From contig JAPLLV010000057.1 of assembly GCA_026387405.1 (NCBI GenBank), positions 1,503 to 65,502 on the forward strand: a DNA stretch of 64,000 nucleotides. The letters run 5' to 3'. This stretch comes from Candidatus Omnitrophota bacterium. Its GTDB lineage: Bacteria; Omnitrophota; Gorgyraeia; Gygaellales; Profunditerraquicolaceae. The first letter of the stretch is position 1, and each line of letters begins with the position of its first letter. Positions 20,097-32,000 of this stretch are shown here, in pieces. The position numbers and the translations under genes were made by a program. Below the pieces are notes generated by a model. It saw only the letters and a list, made by a program, of their open reading frames with translations, did not search any database and was not told the DNA's origin.

Positions 20097-21758
20097 ATGC
20101 CGGAATTAAGCCTTGAAGAAAGCATTATAAAAGAAGGAATACTGTCGGCCCCGCAGCTGCAGACTGTAAAGATAGAATTGCAGCGCAGCTCTATCACTTT
20201 GGTAGAAGCGATACGCCGCCTGCGGTTTGTCCCGGAAGACACGCTGATAAATTTTTTGAGCAGCAAGCTGCATCTGAAAGTATTCAGCGCCGCAGGCTAT
20301 TCGCCTTCTCAGGATATACTTGCCCTTTTGCCGGTTGAATTTCTGTGGGAGAAAAAGGTTGCGCCGCTATTGAAAGAAAACGATGAACTTACGGTAGGGG
20401 TGCTGGATCCTTTGAATACCGCGCTATTGGAAGAGGTGCGTTTTCGCACCGGCTTCTTTATTCGTCCCTGTTTGATCAAAGAAGAGGATTTAAACAGCGT
20501 TTTAGCCAAATATTATAACCGTAGAAGCGGCTTGCGTGCCGCGGCTAAGGAAGAGAAAGTAATAGAGCAAATAAGAGAAGAGGGCGCCGAGCCTTCGGCA
20601 ATTGAGGCAGCCAATCTTTTACTCATCCAGGCTATTAAATTCAATGCCTCGGACGTGCATATTGAACCGCAAAGCAAGGATAAGATGTCTTTGCGTTTAC
20701 GCATAGACGGCGTACTCAAAGAGATCAGCCCTCCCGATCCCAAGATATTCAATGCTTTTATTTCCCGTATCAAAATAATGTCTAACCTGGATATTGCCGA
20801 GAGGCGCCTGCCGCAAGACGGAAGGTTTAGTTTCACTACAGAAGACAGCGCTCTGGATGTGCGCGTCTCGGTAATCCCCACCATACAGGGAGAGAGTATT
20901 GTTTTAAGGCTTTTGAAACAAAACAAGAAATTACTCTCTCTCCAGGAGTTGGGCATGTCTAAAGATAACTTCGAGAAGTATAGAAAATTCATTCAGAGGC
21001 CCTCCGGGATCATCCTTGTTACAGGTCCCACCGGAAGCGGAAAAAGCACCACTCTCTACGCGTCATTATTATCCTTGCAGAGCGTGGAAAAGAATATTAT
21101 TACCATTGAGGATCCCGTAGAGTATCAATTGGATTTTTGCCGCCAGATCCAGGTTAATCACAAAATAAATCTCGTATTTGCCACGGGCCTGCGCTCGATA
21201 TTAAGGCATGACCCGGATATAATAATGGTGGGCGAAATAAGGGACCTTGAGACCGCCACTATCGCTATCCAGGCCGCGCTTACCGGGCACCTGGTGCTTT
21301 CTACCTTGCATACCAATGACGCCGCCTCGGCAGTCACGCGCTTGATCGATATGGGGATTGAACCTTTTTTGATCGCTTCTTGTTTGAACGGCGTGGTGGC
21401 CCAGCGATTGATCAGGGTCCTCTGCCCAAAATGTAAAAAGCCGAAAGTCTATACTTCCAATGACCCTGCGTTCTCCGCGATTTCTTCTGAAGCCACGGCT
21501 GCGGGGTATGAGACAGTGGGCTGCCAGGATTGCCTGAACACCGGCTTTTCAGGACGCCTGGGCATATTCGAAGTCATGGAGATGAGTCCCGAGATCGGGC
21601 GCAAGAGCGTTGATAAGGCCTCTTCCGATGTGATCAATGATTTGTGCCGCAAGGAAGGTATGAAATTCTTGCATGACGACGGACTCCAGAAGGTTCTTGC
21701 CGGATTGACAACACCGCAGGAATTATTACGCGTGATCGGCACAAAGTTGAAGAGTTAA
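20097..21758 (+). CDS. gspE: GspE/PilB traffic ATPase
   Basis: ASDVHIEP, LDIAERRLPQDG, Walker A GPTGSGKST, TIEDPVE, LRHDPDIIMVGEIRD, and the CxxC/CxxC zinc motif. Confidence 0.95.
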   Translation: MPELSLEESIIKEGILSAPQLQTVKIELQRSSITLVEAIRRLRFVPEDTLINFLSSKLHLKVFSAAGYSPSQDILALLPVEFLWEKKVAPLLKENDELTVGVLDPLNTALLEEVRFRTGFFIRPCLIKEEDLNSVLAKYYNRRSGLRAAAKEEKVIEQIREEGAEPSAIEAANLLLIQAIKFNASDVHIEPQSKDKMSLRLRIDGVLKEISPPDPKIFNAFISRIKIMSNLDIAERRLPQDGRFSFTTEDSALDVRVSVIPTIQGESIVLRLLKQNKKLLSLQELGMSKDNFEKYRKFIQRPSGIILVTGPTGSGKSTTLYASLLSLQSVEKNIITIEDPVEYQLDFCRQIQVNHKINLVFATGLRSILRHDPDIIMVGEIRDLETATIAIQAALTGHLVLSTLHTNDAASAVTRLIDMGIEPFLIASCLNGVVAQRLIRVLCPKCKKPKVYTSNDPAFSAISSEATAAGYETVGCQDCLNTGFSGRLGIFEVMEMSPEIGRKSVDKASSDVINDLCRKEGMKFLHDDGLQKVLAGLTTPQELLRVIGTKLKS

Positions 21759-21793
21759 CATCGTCATTCAGACTATGTCAGAATACCATTTTT

Positions 21794-21896
21794 CGTCATT
21801 GCGAGCGACCAACGGGAGCGAAGCAATCTCAAAAACGTGATTGCTTCTCCGCCTTCGGCGGATCGCAATGACAACATGTTTGTGTCTCGCAATGAC
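21794..21896. repeat. Family B palindromic element
   Basis: CGTCATTGCGAG...GAAGCAATC...CGCAATGAC with a duplicated right end. Confidence 0.8.
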
Positions 21897-21907
21897 AAGT
21901 TGAAAAA

Positions 21908-23452
21908 GTGATCAGAACTAATCAATTACCCACAATGATTTTTGGCAGAAGATGGCTGTACGGAATACTGGCAGTGATCTGTATCATAATTTATGCCAAT
22001 TCTCTGGGGGGCGCTTTTGTTTCCGATGATATCCCGGGCATAGTAAAAAATCCCGGCCTTTCCCGGCCGGGGGATTTTATCCTTAATCCCCCGGTATTCC
22101 TGGCTTCTTTAAATTATATATCGGCAAAGTTCAACCCCCTGTCGTATCACTTAACCAATCTTTTCCTGCACATCCTTAATTCCATCCTGGCCTTCATATT
22201 CTTGGGACTGTTTTTTAAAACCGAACCCGCATTCCTGGGGGCTTGTTTATTTGCCGCTCATCCCGTTCATGCCGAGGCAGTGTCCTGGATCTCAGGCAGG
22301 CCGTATCTTACGCTGGGGCTCTTTATATTCGCCGCTTATCTTTTTTATCATCGCGCAGTGCGGGATGACCGAAAGGTCTCAATCAAGTTTTATGTTTTAA
22401 GCCTGGTTACGTTCTCATACTACCTGGTTGATTCTTACTCATTCTACGCTATGTTCGTTTTTTTTCTGGTATTGTGCGATCTGACGTTGGAGAGGTGCAG
22501 AAGGACATGGAGATTATGGCTCCCGTTCTTTTTTATCCTGCTGGCAAGGTTGGTATTGGCCAAATCCGCCATAGGCGCAAGGCTGCATTTTGTGACAAAA
22601 GAAATGGGCCTTAACCATGCAGAATGGACAAATCCCATCAATAATATGGCTTATTCACTCTTTTCACATTTTAGCCTGCTTGTAGTGCCGGCTAAATTAA
22701 GTCTTTACCATGAGCCGGCGGTCATCTCTTCATTAATACTTAAAATATTGCTCTGCATTTTATTACTCCTCTTGATTATTTCACCTTTTATATATAAAAG
22801 GGCCAGGAGGATCTTCCTGGCTATGGGTATTTTTGTCCTTTTCCTTGTTCCTACGTATAGCCCTTTTCCTTTTAGTTGGTTGGTTGCGGAAAGGTATGTT
22901 TATTTTTCAGCTATCTCTTTATGCATGATCTTAGCCTTTTTATATGAAAAATACGCACAGAAATGTCCAAACAGGATACATTATGCCCTGGTAGTTTTTC
23001 TCCTTATAGTGGCCGCATACGCGGCAAGGACCGTGGCCAGAAATGAAGACTGGCAGTCTCCCGGAAGGTTATGGAGGCAGACAGTAGCGGTATCGGATCT
23101 ATCTCCGCGGGCGCACAACAATATGGGCGACGCCTATGGGCAGGAGGGCAATACCGACGGGGCGATCAGAGAATTCAAGCGGGCAATCGCATTAAAGCCC
23201 GACTATGCCGACGCGTATCACAATCTGGCTAATACTTACGAGGGGCAAGGCTCGTCGGAAGAGGCGATAAAATACTATCTCCAGGCGGTAAATTTTAACC
23301 CCGGGCTTTTTGAGTCCCAGTATAACCTGGGGGTGATTTATTTGAATAAGGGACAGAATATTGAGGCCATAAAGTATCTTACCAGGGCAAAAGAGCTTCG
23401 TCCCGACGATGCCGGGGTAAACGCAGCCTTAAATATAGCTTACAAAAGGTAA
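21908..23452 (+). CDS. TMTC-like GT-C membrane glycosyltransferase with C-terminal TPR repeats
   Basis: YANSL..FVSDD; YHLTNLFLH; LFAAHPVHAEAVSWISGR; AERYVY; RNEDW; C-terminal TPRs (AHNNMG, AYHNLA, QYNLG). Confidence 0.85.
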   Translation: MIRTNQLPTMIFGRRWLYGILAVICIIIYANSLGGAFVSDDIPGIVKNPGLSRPGDFILNPPVFLASLNYISAKFNPLSYHLTNLFLHILNSILAFIFLGLFFKTEPAFLGACLFAAHPVHAEAVSWISGRPYLTLGLFIFAAYLFYHRAVRDDRKVSIKFYVLSLVTFSYYLVDSYSFYAMFVFFLVLCDLTLERCRRTWRLWLPFFFILLARLVLAKSAIGARLHFVTKEMGLNHAEWTNPINNMAYSLFSHFSLLVVPAKLSLYHEPAVISSLILKILLCILLLLLIISPFIYKRARRIFLAMGIFVLFLVPTYSPFPFSWLVAERYVYFSAISLCMILAFLYEKYAQKCPNRIHYALVVFLLIVAAYAARTVARNEDWQSPGRLWRQTVAVSDLSPRAHNNMGDAYGQEGNTDGAIREFKRAIALKPDYADAYHNLANTYEGQGSSEEAIKYYLQAVNFNPGLFESQYNLGVIYLNKGQNIEAIKYLTRAKELRPDDAGVNAALNIAYKR

Positions 23453-23467
23453 AATAAAGCTCGTCGG

Positions 23468-23551
23468 GTCATTGCGAACCCCCGAAGGGGGTGAAGCAAT
23501 CACGTTTGAGATTGCGTCGTCGCCCGCCTGCGGCGGGCTCCTCGCAATGAC
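23468..23551. repeat. Family B palindromic element
   Basis: GTCATTGCGAACC...CTCGCAATGAC; the first ~45 bp are nearly identical to the copy at 19895. Confidence 0.8.
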
Positions 23552-23660
23552 GGGGAGATAAGGAAGTGTAAATAAACGGCATTTTTTTTGCATTGGCTTG
23601 TTTTATCGGCTATAGTTTATATAGAGGTTCATATTATATATAGGAAGGAATTTTAATTAA

Positions 23661-23748
23661 CGTCATTGCGAGCGAAGCGAAGCAATCCCATTTTAGATTG
23701 CCTGCCTGCCGGACAGGCAGGCTTCGGCACTTCGTGCCTCGCAATGAC
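23661..23748. repeat. Family B element with a nested family C palindrome (23701-23721)
   Basis: GATTG|CCTGCCTGCCGGACAGGCAGG|CTTCG interrupts the canonical GATTGCTTCG. Confidence 0.8.
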
Positions 23749-23796
23749 AAGATGTTCATGGTTCTCAATGACCGTTTGGAAATAGAAAATTTAATT

Positions 23797-24347
23797 ATGA
23801 AGAAAAATTTAACAAGGGGTTTCACATTGATTGAAGTGATGATCGCAGTTTCCATTTTTACGGTGCTTATGGCCATTATGGCCGGCATTATTTTCGGGCT
23901 CTTTAAGACCATGCGCCAGGGAGAAGATATATTGAATAAGGAACAGAGACAGAGGATGTGTTTTTCGCGTATAAGCAGAGACATCTCCAGCTTATCTAAG
24001 GCAGCGCCGCCAAATTTATCTTTTAAGGGCGAACAAAACAGTTTTTTTTTATCTCGGCGCGGGAGGATAGCGTGGTGGAAGCCAGGTATAGCTTTATTCC
24101 CGGCGTTTCAAGTATTATGCGTTATTATGACACGGCGGTGGACTATGATGAAACCACATACCAGTCAAGCGACGTCTGCCTGGACAAGCTGGCGGACTGT
24201 AAATTTAGCTACAATGACGGCACTGCCTGGAGGGATACCTGGGATAAGGATGCAGGGAGCCATCCGAGCATGGTAAAGATAACTTTCAGGTTCAATGATG
24301 AGGAAAAAGAGAGAGATTTTGAGGTTAATATACCGGTGAGCCCATGA
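23797..24347 (+). pseudogene. GspJ/PilW-like minor pseudopilin, frameshifted at a T9 tract (24042-24050)
   Basis: GFTLIEVMIAV motif. One extra T joins it to ORF 24072..24347 (SFFFISAREDSVVEARYS...FSYNDGTAWRDTW...PSMVKITF, a GspJ-like C-terminus). Confidence 0.75.
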
Positions 24348-25936
24348 AAAAATATAAACGCCGCAGCCGCATAGGGGGCCAATCGCCCGCCATTCTGAAA
24401 AGGATGGCGGGCTTTTTATTTGCCTGTTTAAACAGGAATAAAACATTAATTATATTAATAAGTTATGTATTTTTAACGAGTTATCTGGTTTACATTGTTG
24501 ATTCCGGTTTTACCGCCGAGACAAGCAGCGCTTCGTACACAGTAGGCCTGCTTACCTTTGTCAACGGCTCGGGGAGCGCCTCTTCGACTAATATCCTGCT
24601 GGAACATTCGATCCTCGGGGATATTGTGGCTACGACTCAGATGTCCAGCGATAAATACGGAGTGGATACCGGCCAGGTTTCTTTGATGCAGCCATTAGGC
24701 AAGGAGAAAATAGAGCTGATTTCCGATTTGAGGGCGCTCACAGGTGTCGCGGGGGTCACCATAAAAGAAGCGGCTTGGCAGAAGCATAATGCCCCTTATT
24801 TTTACTGGCACATAGATACCGCGCGTTCGAGCCTGCTTAAAGGCGTTTCTGTGGCTTTAGACAGGACGCCCGATGAGACCATTGATACCGATAATGATTT
24901 TTATCAATTTGCCGATAATAGTATTTCTTCCGGCAAGCACACCTTTTATGTTATGCCGATTATCGCAAGCGGCCCATACACGGATAATACGCTTAAGTTC
25001 GATATCTGGGTGGATACCGAACCGCCGGTAATACGCAACGCCTTACCGGTGGCCGGTTCTCTTACATCTAACGGAAAAATCCCGATAAGCTGTTTATTGT
25101 CCGACCCTGATTCCGGATTGGATATGAATCTGACCAGACTAAGCTTAAACGGGTCCAACGCCGCGTTCACTTATGACGACAAAAAACAAACCCTTAGCTA
25201 CGCGCCTGATTCCGGTTATCCGGAAGGGAGGAACGCGGTCCTTTTGACCGCTTATGATCTAGTAGGGAATTATATTACGAAGGGTTGGGATTTTATTGTG
25301 GATACGCAGCCGCCGTCAGGAAGCATTTTGATTAATAACGGCGAAGCAGTGACTTCTTCACCTCATGTCTTTTTAAACCTTGACACGCAAGATGTGGTTT
25401 CGGGAGTAAGAAATGTTTATATTTCCAATGACGGAGTGTTCGATACGGAACTAAACCATCCGTATCCTTATAGCGCGATAATTTCTGATTGGCTCCTCAA
25501 CGAGCCGGCTGTTGACGGCCCCAAGACCGTATATGTGAAATTTGATGATCAGGCCGGTAATCTCTCCGAGACTTATAGCGCCGGAATTGAGCTTAAGCTT
25601 CTCGTTCCGCGCACCAGGATCATTTCCGGTCCGGCGAGCGTTACTAATGAGACAACCGCAGAATTTAGATATGAGGCCACAAAGCAAAATTGTAAATTCA
25701 GCTATAAGCTGGATAACGGCGAATGGTCTGTCTGGTCGACCGAGCAGGCAATCGATTTTACGGGCCTGCCCCTGGGTAACCACTATTTTTACGTTAAGAG
25801 CGGACTGGACCTAAACGGCAACGGTGAGATAGGCCTTGATGAAGAGGATCCTACGCCCGCGCAGTGGGTGTGGACCATTACCAACGAAGACGAATTAGGA
25901 AAACAAAAACGTAAGACGTTATTCTGGCGTCGTTAA
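24344..25936 (+). CDS. Secreted or membrane-anchored protein with several Ig-like domains
   Basis: N-terminal hydrophobic segment; repeated DTxPP Ig-domain starts; ILINNGEAVT; GPKTVYVKFDDQAGNLS; FSYKLDNGEWS. Confidence 0.7.
   Translation: MKKYKRRSRIGGQSPAILKRMAGFLFACLNRNKTLIILISYVFLTSYLVYIVDSGFTAETSSASYTVGLLTFVNGSGSASSTNILLEHSILGDIVATTQMSSDKYGVDTGQVSLMQPLGKEKIELISDLRALTGVAGVTIKEAAWQKHNAPYFYWHIDTARSSLLKGVSVALDRTPDETIDTDNDFYQFADNSISSGKHTFYVMPIIASGPYTDNTLKFDIWVDTEPPVIRNALPVAGSLTSNGKIPISCLLSDPDSGLDMNLTRLSLNGSNAAFTYDDKKQTLSYAPDSGYPEGRNAVLLTAYDLVGNYITKGWDFIVDTQPPSGSILINNGEAVTSSPHVFLNLDTQDVVSGVRNVYISNDGVFDTELNHPYPYSAIISDWLLNEPAVDGPKTVYVKFDDQAGNLSETYSAGIELKLLVPRTRIISGPASVTNETTAEFRYEATKQNCKFSYKLDNGEWSVWSTEQAIDFTGLPLGNHYFYVKSGLDLNGNGEIGLDEEDPTPAQWVWTITNEDELGKQKRKTLFWRR
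24385..24421 (+). terminator. GC-rich hairpin plus U tract inside the 5' end of ORF 24344 (terminator/attenuator or REP-like insert)
   Basis: GCCCGCCATTCT-GAAA-AGGATGGCGGGC followed by TTTTTATTT. Confidence 0.45.
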
Positions 25937-25945
25937 GCGTGTAAT

Positions 25946-25987
25946 TCCAGACCCGCGGTGGATGCATGCTTCCACCGCGGGTCTGGA
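25946..25987. repeat. REP family A doublet just upstream of the giant gene
   Basis: TCCAGACCCGCGGTGGA-TGCATGCT-TCCACCGCGGGTCTGGA. Confidence 0.85.
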
Positions 25988-26002
25988 AAACGGAGGCTTA
26001 AA

Positions 26003-29000
26003 ATGAAAAACATATTCACGAAACCCAGCGGTTTCAAATCGGTAATGACCTTCTGTTTTTTTATCATCGCGCTCTTATTTTTCTGGGATACCGTTTTCGG
26101 CGAAATGGCCCGGCAGATATCCTTCCAGGCCAGGATCACCAATAAGGATAAGACGGTACTATCCGGCAGTTTGAGCGTAACCTTCCGTCTTTACTCCGCG
26201 GAAACCGACGGGACTGCCCTCTGGACAGAAACCCAGACTGTTACCGCGGATAGCTCGGGTATAATTTCCTGTTACCTGGGCAGCGTAACGCCGTTTCCCG
26301 ATTCCGTAGATTTCAATACTACATATTACATCTCGCTGGAAGTTAGCGGCGATGGAGAGATGTCTCCGCGTATTAAAGTGGTGCCGACTCCCGCGGCTTT
26401 AAACTCAAGGCTCTTCGACGGCTTGTTATCTTCTCAATTCTTACAGGCAGGAGTACTGACAGTATCCGGATATTTCGCTCAAGATTACACTGGAATTGAC
26501 CACAACGCCATGACTATAAGCTATAGTCCCGCATCAGGCAGTTACAACGCGGTGGATATTTCCTATGGTTCCGCGGGAGGGACCGGCGTTGCCCTTCAGG
26601 TTACCCAGAACGGCACCGGCAATATTATGCAATTGAATTACGACGGCACTCCGCGCATGGTCGTGGAGATGAATGGTAATGTCGGTATCGGCACAACCAG
26701 CCCTTCCCAGGCATTGGAAGTTAACGGGACTGTAAAAGCAACCACTTTCCTGGGAGATGGGAGCAGTTTGAGCGGCCTTTCAGGCGTGATCAGCGGTCTG
26801 ACTACGGGAAAGATTCCTAAGGCAGCCAGCACCACCTCGATAGCTGATTCCGTGATTTACGAAACAAGCAGCAATATAGGCATAGGAACTACGAATCCAG
26901 GTTCAAAGTTAGATGTTTTAGGAACGTTACGTTTATCCGGCTCAACATCGGGATATGTCGGCCTTGCGCCGGCGGCGGCAGCCGGAGCAGCCACATATAC
27001 CTTACCGTCTTCATCAGCGAATGGCTTATTGAAAAATACAGATGGAGCTTTATCCTGGGATACCACAAATTATCTTACCTCAGGCACTATCGCTTCGGGC
27101 ATTACTAATTATTTAGCCAAATATACAGGGACCAGCGCTATCGGCGCTTCCACAATGATCTATGATGACGGCTCAAACATCGGCATTGGCACCACTAATC
27201 CTTTGCAGAAATTACAGGTAGGGGGCGATATTAATATTGAAGGTGGTTCCGGCCTTATGATAAATAATACCGCCGCTTCCGGGCAGTATTTGCGCGGAAA
27301 TGGCACAAGGTTCGTAGATGCGAGCATAGCGGCAGGCGATCTACCAACCGCTATTGATGCGGCAAAGATAGCCGATGGTTCGGTATCAAATGGGGCATTC
27401 CAATATTTGTCCGGCGTGACTTCTGCTGTGCAGACACAGCTTGATAGTAAGGCGCCTAAGGCCGGCCCGATTTTTAGCGGGACCGTTACGGTAGGCAGTA
27501 TGTCCAGCGCCGGTTTTGTAAAAAATGATGCAGCAGGAGTTTTATCCGGAGGCAATACCCTTACCCCCGGCACGGATTTTACCACTGCGAATCTAGTCAA
27601 TGGGACCGGCATTAATATGGGCGGCACTCTGACCAACAGGATCGTTGGTTCAGCAGGTAATGTGACCGTAAATGTATCATCGGGCGTTCCTACATCAGTA
27701 ACAAGCGATACTAATGTCACAGGCTCCATTGCCGACAATGCCTTAACCTTGGGTTGGTCAGGGCAACTTCCTGTATCCAGAGGAGGCACCGGCGCTTATA
27801 CCCTTACCGGCATCCTTAAAGGTAATGGCACCGACGCTTTCACGGCCGCGGTTTCCGGGACAGATTATCTTACTCCCGCAGGGACCCTCACCGGATTAGT
27901 GCAATCTATCGTATCAGGGACTTCTTATATAACCGGCGGTAATTTAGGAATTGGGACTACCGCTCCTTCCGCAAAATTAGAGATCAAGGCCGCAGGCACA
28001 GGCCCGGATGGTTTTGCCTTGCGCGTAACCGATGCGGAGGGCACAGACAAATTAGCTCTTTTAGATAACGGCAATCTCGGTATTGGCACCACCGCGCCCG
28101 GAGCAGCTTTAGAGATCGGCGGGCAAATTAAAATTACCGGAGGCGCTCCCGGGGAAAATAAGGTTTTGATTTCTAATGCCTTAGGGCTTGCCAGCTGGTC
28201 GAGCGCGGCTTCTATTATTGACGCTAATTCTTTGGACTATGATAAATTCAAGGATGCCATGACCCTGGATGCCTCTACCACTGTGAGTTTTGGGAATTAT
28301 GATTATATCTTTGATCTTACCGGTACCGGAAATTTCCGCGCGCAAGATAACGGCAGCGATGTATTTACCGTGAAGAACACCGGCAACGTCGGCATCGGCA
28401 CTACTAATCCCATATCTAAACTCGCGGTTACCGGAAAGATCACGGTTGCCGATGATGCTAATGCCAATGATTCCAACGGCAAGATCTATATCGGCAAAGA
28501 CAGCGGCGGTTCCACCGAAGGCGCCCCGGAAAACGGCTCGCAGTATATTATGTGGAATGACTCTTTTAACGCCGGCGGCAAGACCGGCTGGATGTATGTC
28601 TCAGGCGGTCTGTCCGCGACCAGCATTAATATCCGCAATACCAACACTCTGGTATTCGGCGATACCAACGATACTCCTCAAACGGTGAGTTACAGCCCTA
28701 CCGGCGGCGTAGGCGGTGTAGGCGCGTTTACCTTTTCCAAGGAAATTGTTACTCAGGCGTCAAGCCCTTCCTATCTGACTTTTTCCAAAGCCAATAACAA
28801 CACTTTGTATTCATTGGAGTTCAATCCGGATTCCTCCCCACAGACTTTGCGTTTAGTCAAGAAAGTCAGCGGGGGTTCCATTATTCCTTTGTTTGAATTT
28901 GATACAGCCGGCAGTTTCGGCGTTTTTGATGAGTCCGGCAATAAGAGCACTATTATCAGCCAGGGCCGCCAGTGGCAGCAGGAGTTTAACAACCTGATTT

Positions 29001-32000
29001 TTAACGGTTCCTTTGAGTCCTTTAGCGGCGGCATCTCAGAAGCTCCGACAGGTATGGGGGCTACGCAATACCAAAGCAGTGTTATTGACGGCTGGTTCAA
29101 TTTGGGTGGAGCAAGTATTAGCCGTATCTACGCGCCTTCATTCGGTTACGCGGCCTCCGGCAATGTTAAATTCGGCTATGCCGCAGTCAATGTGTCGGAC
29201 GTATCTTCTTCAGCGGCGCAGGCAATCCAGCAGGAGATCCAGCCGTTTGCTTTACGTGATATTCTTGGTAAACAGATTACCCTTTCAGTTTTTGCCAGGA
29301 ATGGAAATACAGGTTCGGCCACCACGACAATAGGTTTTGAGGCCCAGGATTCCGCAGGCAATAGTATCACTACTAATTTCATCGGTCTTAAGAACAGCCT
29401 GAGCATACTTGATTCAGGTTTTACTTTGTTGAGTTACACCGTTACTGTGCCCACCAATACTTCCAGGTTATTTGTCCGCTTATTCGGCGCTGATGCCTCC
29501 AACGTCACGAACACCGGGGTAGTCATTTATGACGGCGTTAGTCTTGTGTCAGGATCCTTGGTTTCGCCCTTCAGGCCCACGCCGATCGTGGACAGCGGGA
29601 CCCAGACCCAGAAGATCTACGGCGATATGGAAATAGATATGAGCGGCCCCTCAGGCGACATGGCAAATTACGGTGTATCCTCCGGCGGTAACTTGGGTAT
29701 TCAGGGCCAGTTGGCGGTAGGCGGAGGAATTCAAGTCTTCGGCGGTTCAATGACCTTAGGCCGCGGCGGCGCTAATAGCGGTATCTGGGCCTATCCTATG
29801 GGAAACACAAGCGGAACTACTGCCTATAAATACGTAGTTACCTCGGTGAATTCCGGTACTATAGAATCTATGCCCCATCAGGTATATCTTTCTAATGGCC
29901 CGTCAGCACTTACTACGTCTAACTCTATAAATATAGGTTGGAATGTTGATTCCAACGCCTCCAGCTATAAACTGTATGGTCGTTCTCCCAGCAGCTTGGG
30001 ATTAATTGCTTCTGGTTTGACCTCAACCTACTATAATGATAATGGCAGCGTTTCGCCTAATACCGGTGTCCAGCCGCCTACTTTTTATCAAAATGCCTGG
30101 ACCCCACCGGGTTCTTTGACTATGGAAGGCGGCCTGCGCGTCGGAACCGGCGGCAATCCTAGTTATGTCGGCAGCGGCTCCGCCGTATCTTTCGGCAATG
30201 CCTATATCGTCGGCAACCTTGAGGTGGGCGGCACCATCTATGGCGACATTTCCGGAGCGGTAGCCGGCTGGAACAAAGTTGGGACAAATGTCCAATTGAA
30301 AAACATAGGAGATAACGTCGGCATCGGGACGACGGATCCCGGAGCGAAACTGGAAGTTGCGGGGCAGATCAAGATGACCGGCAGTACGCCCGGCGCTGGA
30401 AAAGTTTTGACCTCCGATGCTAATGGTCTTGCGAGTTGGCAGAATGCGACCGGGAATGTGGCATCTGTTTTTGGACGCGCCGGCGCAGTGACCGCTCAGG
30501 CCAATGATTACACCTGGGCGCAGATCGATAAAACGACATCGAGCCTTGCGGATATCACCACGCGGTCTGCCGGAGATTTGAGTTCCGGGAATCTCGCGAT
30601 CGCACGTATGCCCACAGGCGGCGACTGGGGCCTTTCTTCGAATTTGAGCATCAGCGGAGGCAACGTCGGCATCGGGACGACGAGTCCGAGCGCGAAGTTA
30701 GAAATCAGGAGTGATAACAACGGCGGTATCGGTCCTACCTTGATTTTGAGTAATAAAACCGGCGGCGCATTTGGGACATTGGGAAATGCAGCTCAGATTA
30801 ATTTTGGGCTGGATATCTCAGAAGCGCTTACCGAGCCAAATGCGGCTATCCAGGCAATTCTAGAAGATGATTCTAATGCTGCCTCTGGTCTAAGGTTTTT
30901 CACCTTTAATGGTACTGCCAGCGGCGAAAGGGTTAGGATAGCAAATAGCGGCAATGTCGGCATTGGGACGACGGCGCCGGGGAGCAAGCTACATTTACAT
31001 GCCACAGCGATTTCTGGAAGAGAATCGTTGATGAAAGCGACGGTTTCAGATGCTGGGACAGACGCCTTTTACATTGGGAATATTACGAGTGCCGATAATT
31101 GGTTTGTTCCTGCTTTTGCAGGCATGGTTAATTCAACTAACGCAAGGCAAAGTTTGACATTTGCTGGTTTTGTAACTGCGGCTAACGATGCTTCTAATAC
31201 ATCGCCAGTCGTGGATTTCTTAGCTGCAAGAAGCACCTCTACGACTGACCCGCTCAATGGAACTCTTACGGGAATAGCGAACAGAGATTTGTTTGCATTC
31301 AGGACTCTTGATGGTTCTGGTAACAGCGTTTACAAAATGGTTATGAATAGCTCAGGCAACGTCGGCATCGGGACGACCAGCCCTGCCTACAAATTAGACG
31401 TCAACGGCACCCTTAATGCCACTAATATAAATCAAGGGGGAACTGGGCTTATAGATGGGACAGGGACAACAAACTACCTGCCGAAATGGAGTGACAGTAA
31501 TACTCTGACAGGGACCAGCCTTGTTTATGACACCGGCACCAACGTAGGCATCGGGACGACGAGCCCCTCGGCAAACCTCCAGGTTTCTGACGGAAGTTTA
31601 GTCAACTCAGCTCTTATCTCAACGGATAAAATACTTTTAACTTATCAGAATACCGCTCCAGGATTGAGCATTATTTCTGCCGATAATACAACGGCGTCCA
31701 ACAGGGCAGTGTTTAAGGGTGTTCGGTCACGAGGGACATTAGTTTCTCCTCTAGCTCCGTCTACAGATGACGACGTGCTGTCCTTTTTAGGTGCTATATA
31801 CGATGGAACAGCTACGCAAGCAACGGCAATGGTGGGGTTTAAGGTTGATGGGGCGGTTTCTTCGGGCGTGGCTCCGCAAAGAATAAGCTTTATCACATCG
31901 GAAACGACAGGGGCAGCAAGACAGGAAAGGTTAACAATAAAAGCAAACGGCAACGTCGGCATCGGCACTACCAATCCCACTGCCACCCTGCATATAGCTA

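Noticed and set aside
25958-26002. Listed starts at 25958 (giant gene), 23698, 49409 and 49791
   Set aside because: They fall inside repeats or the tRNA; downstream ATGs with a ribosome-binding site or the expected family N-terminus fit better.
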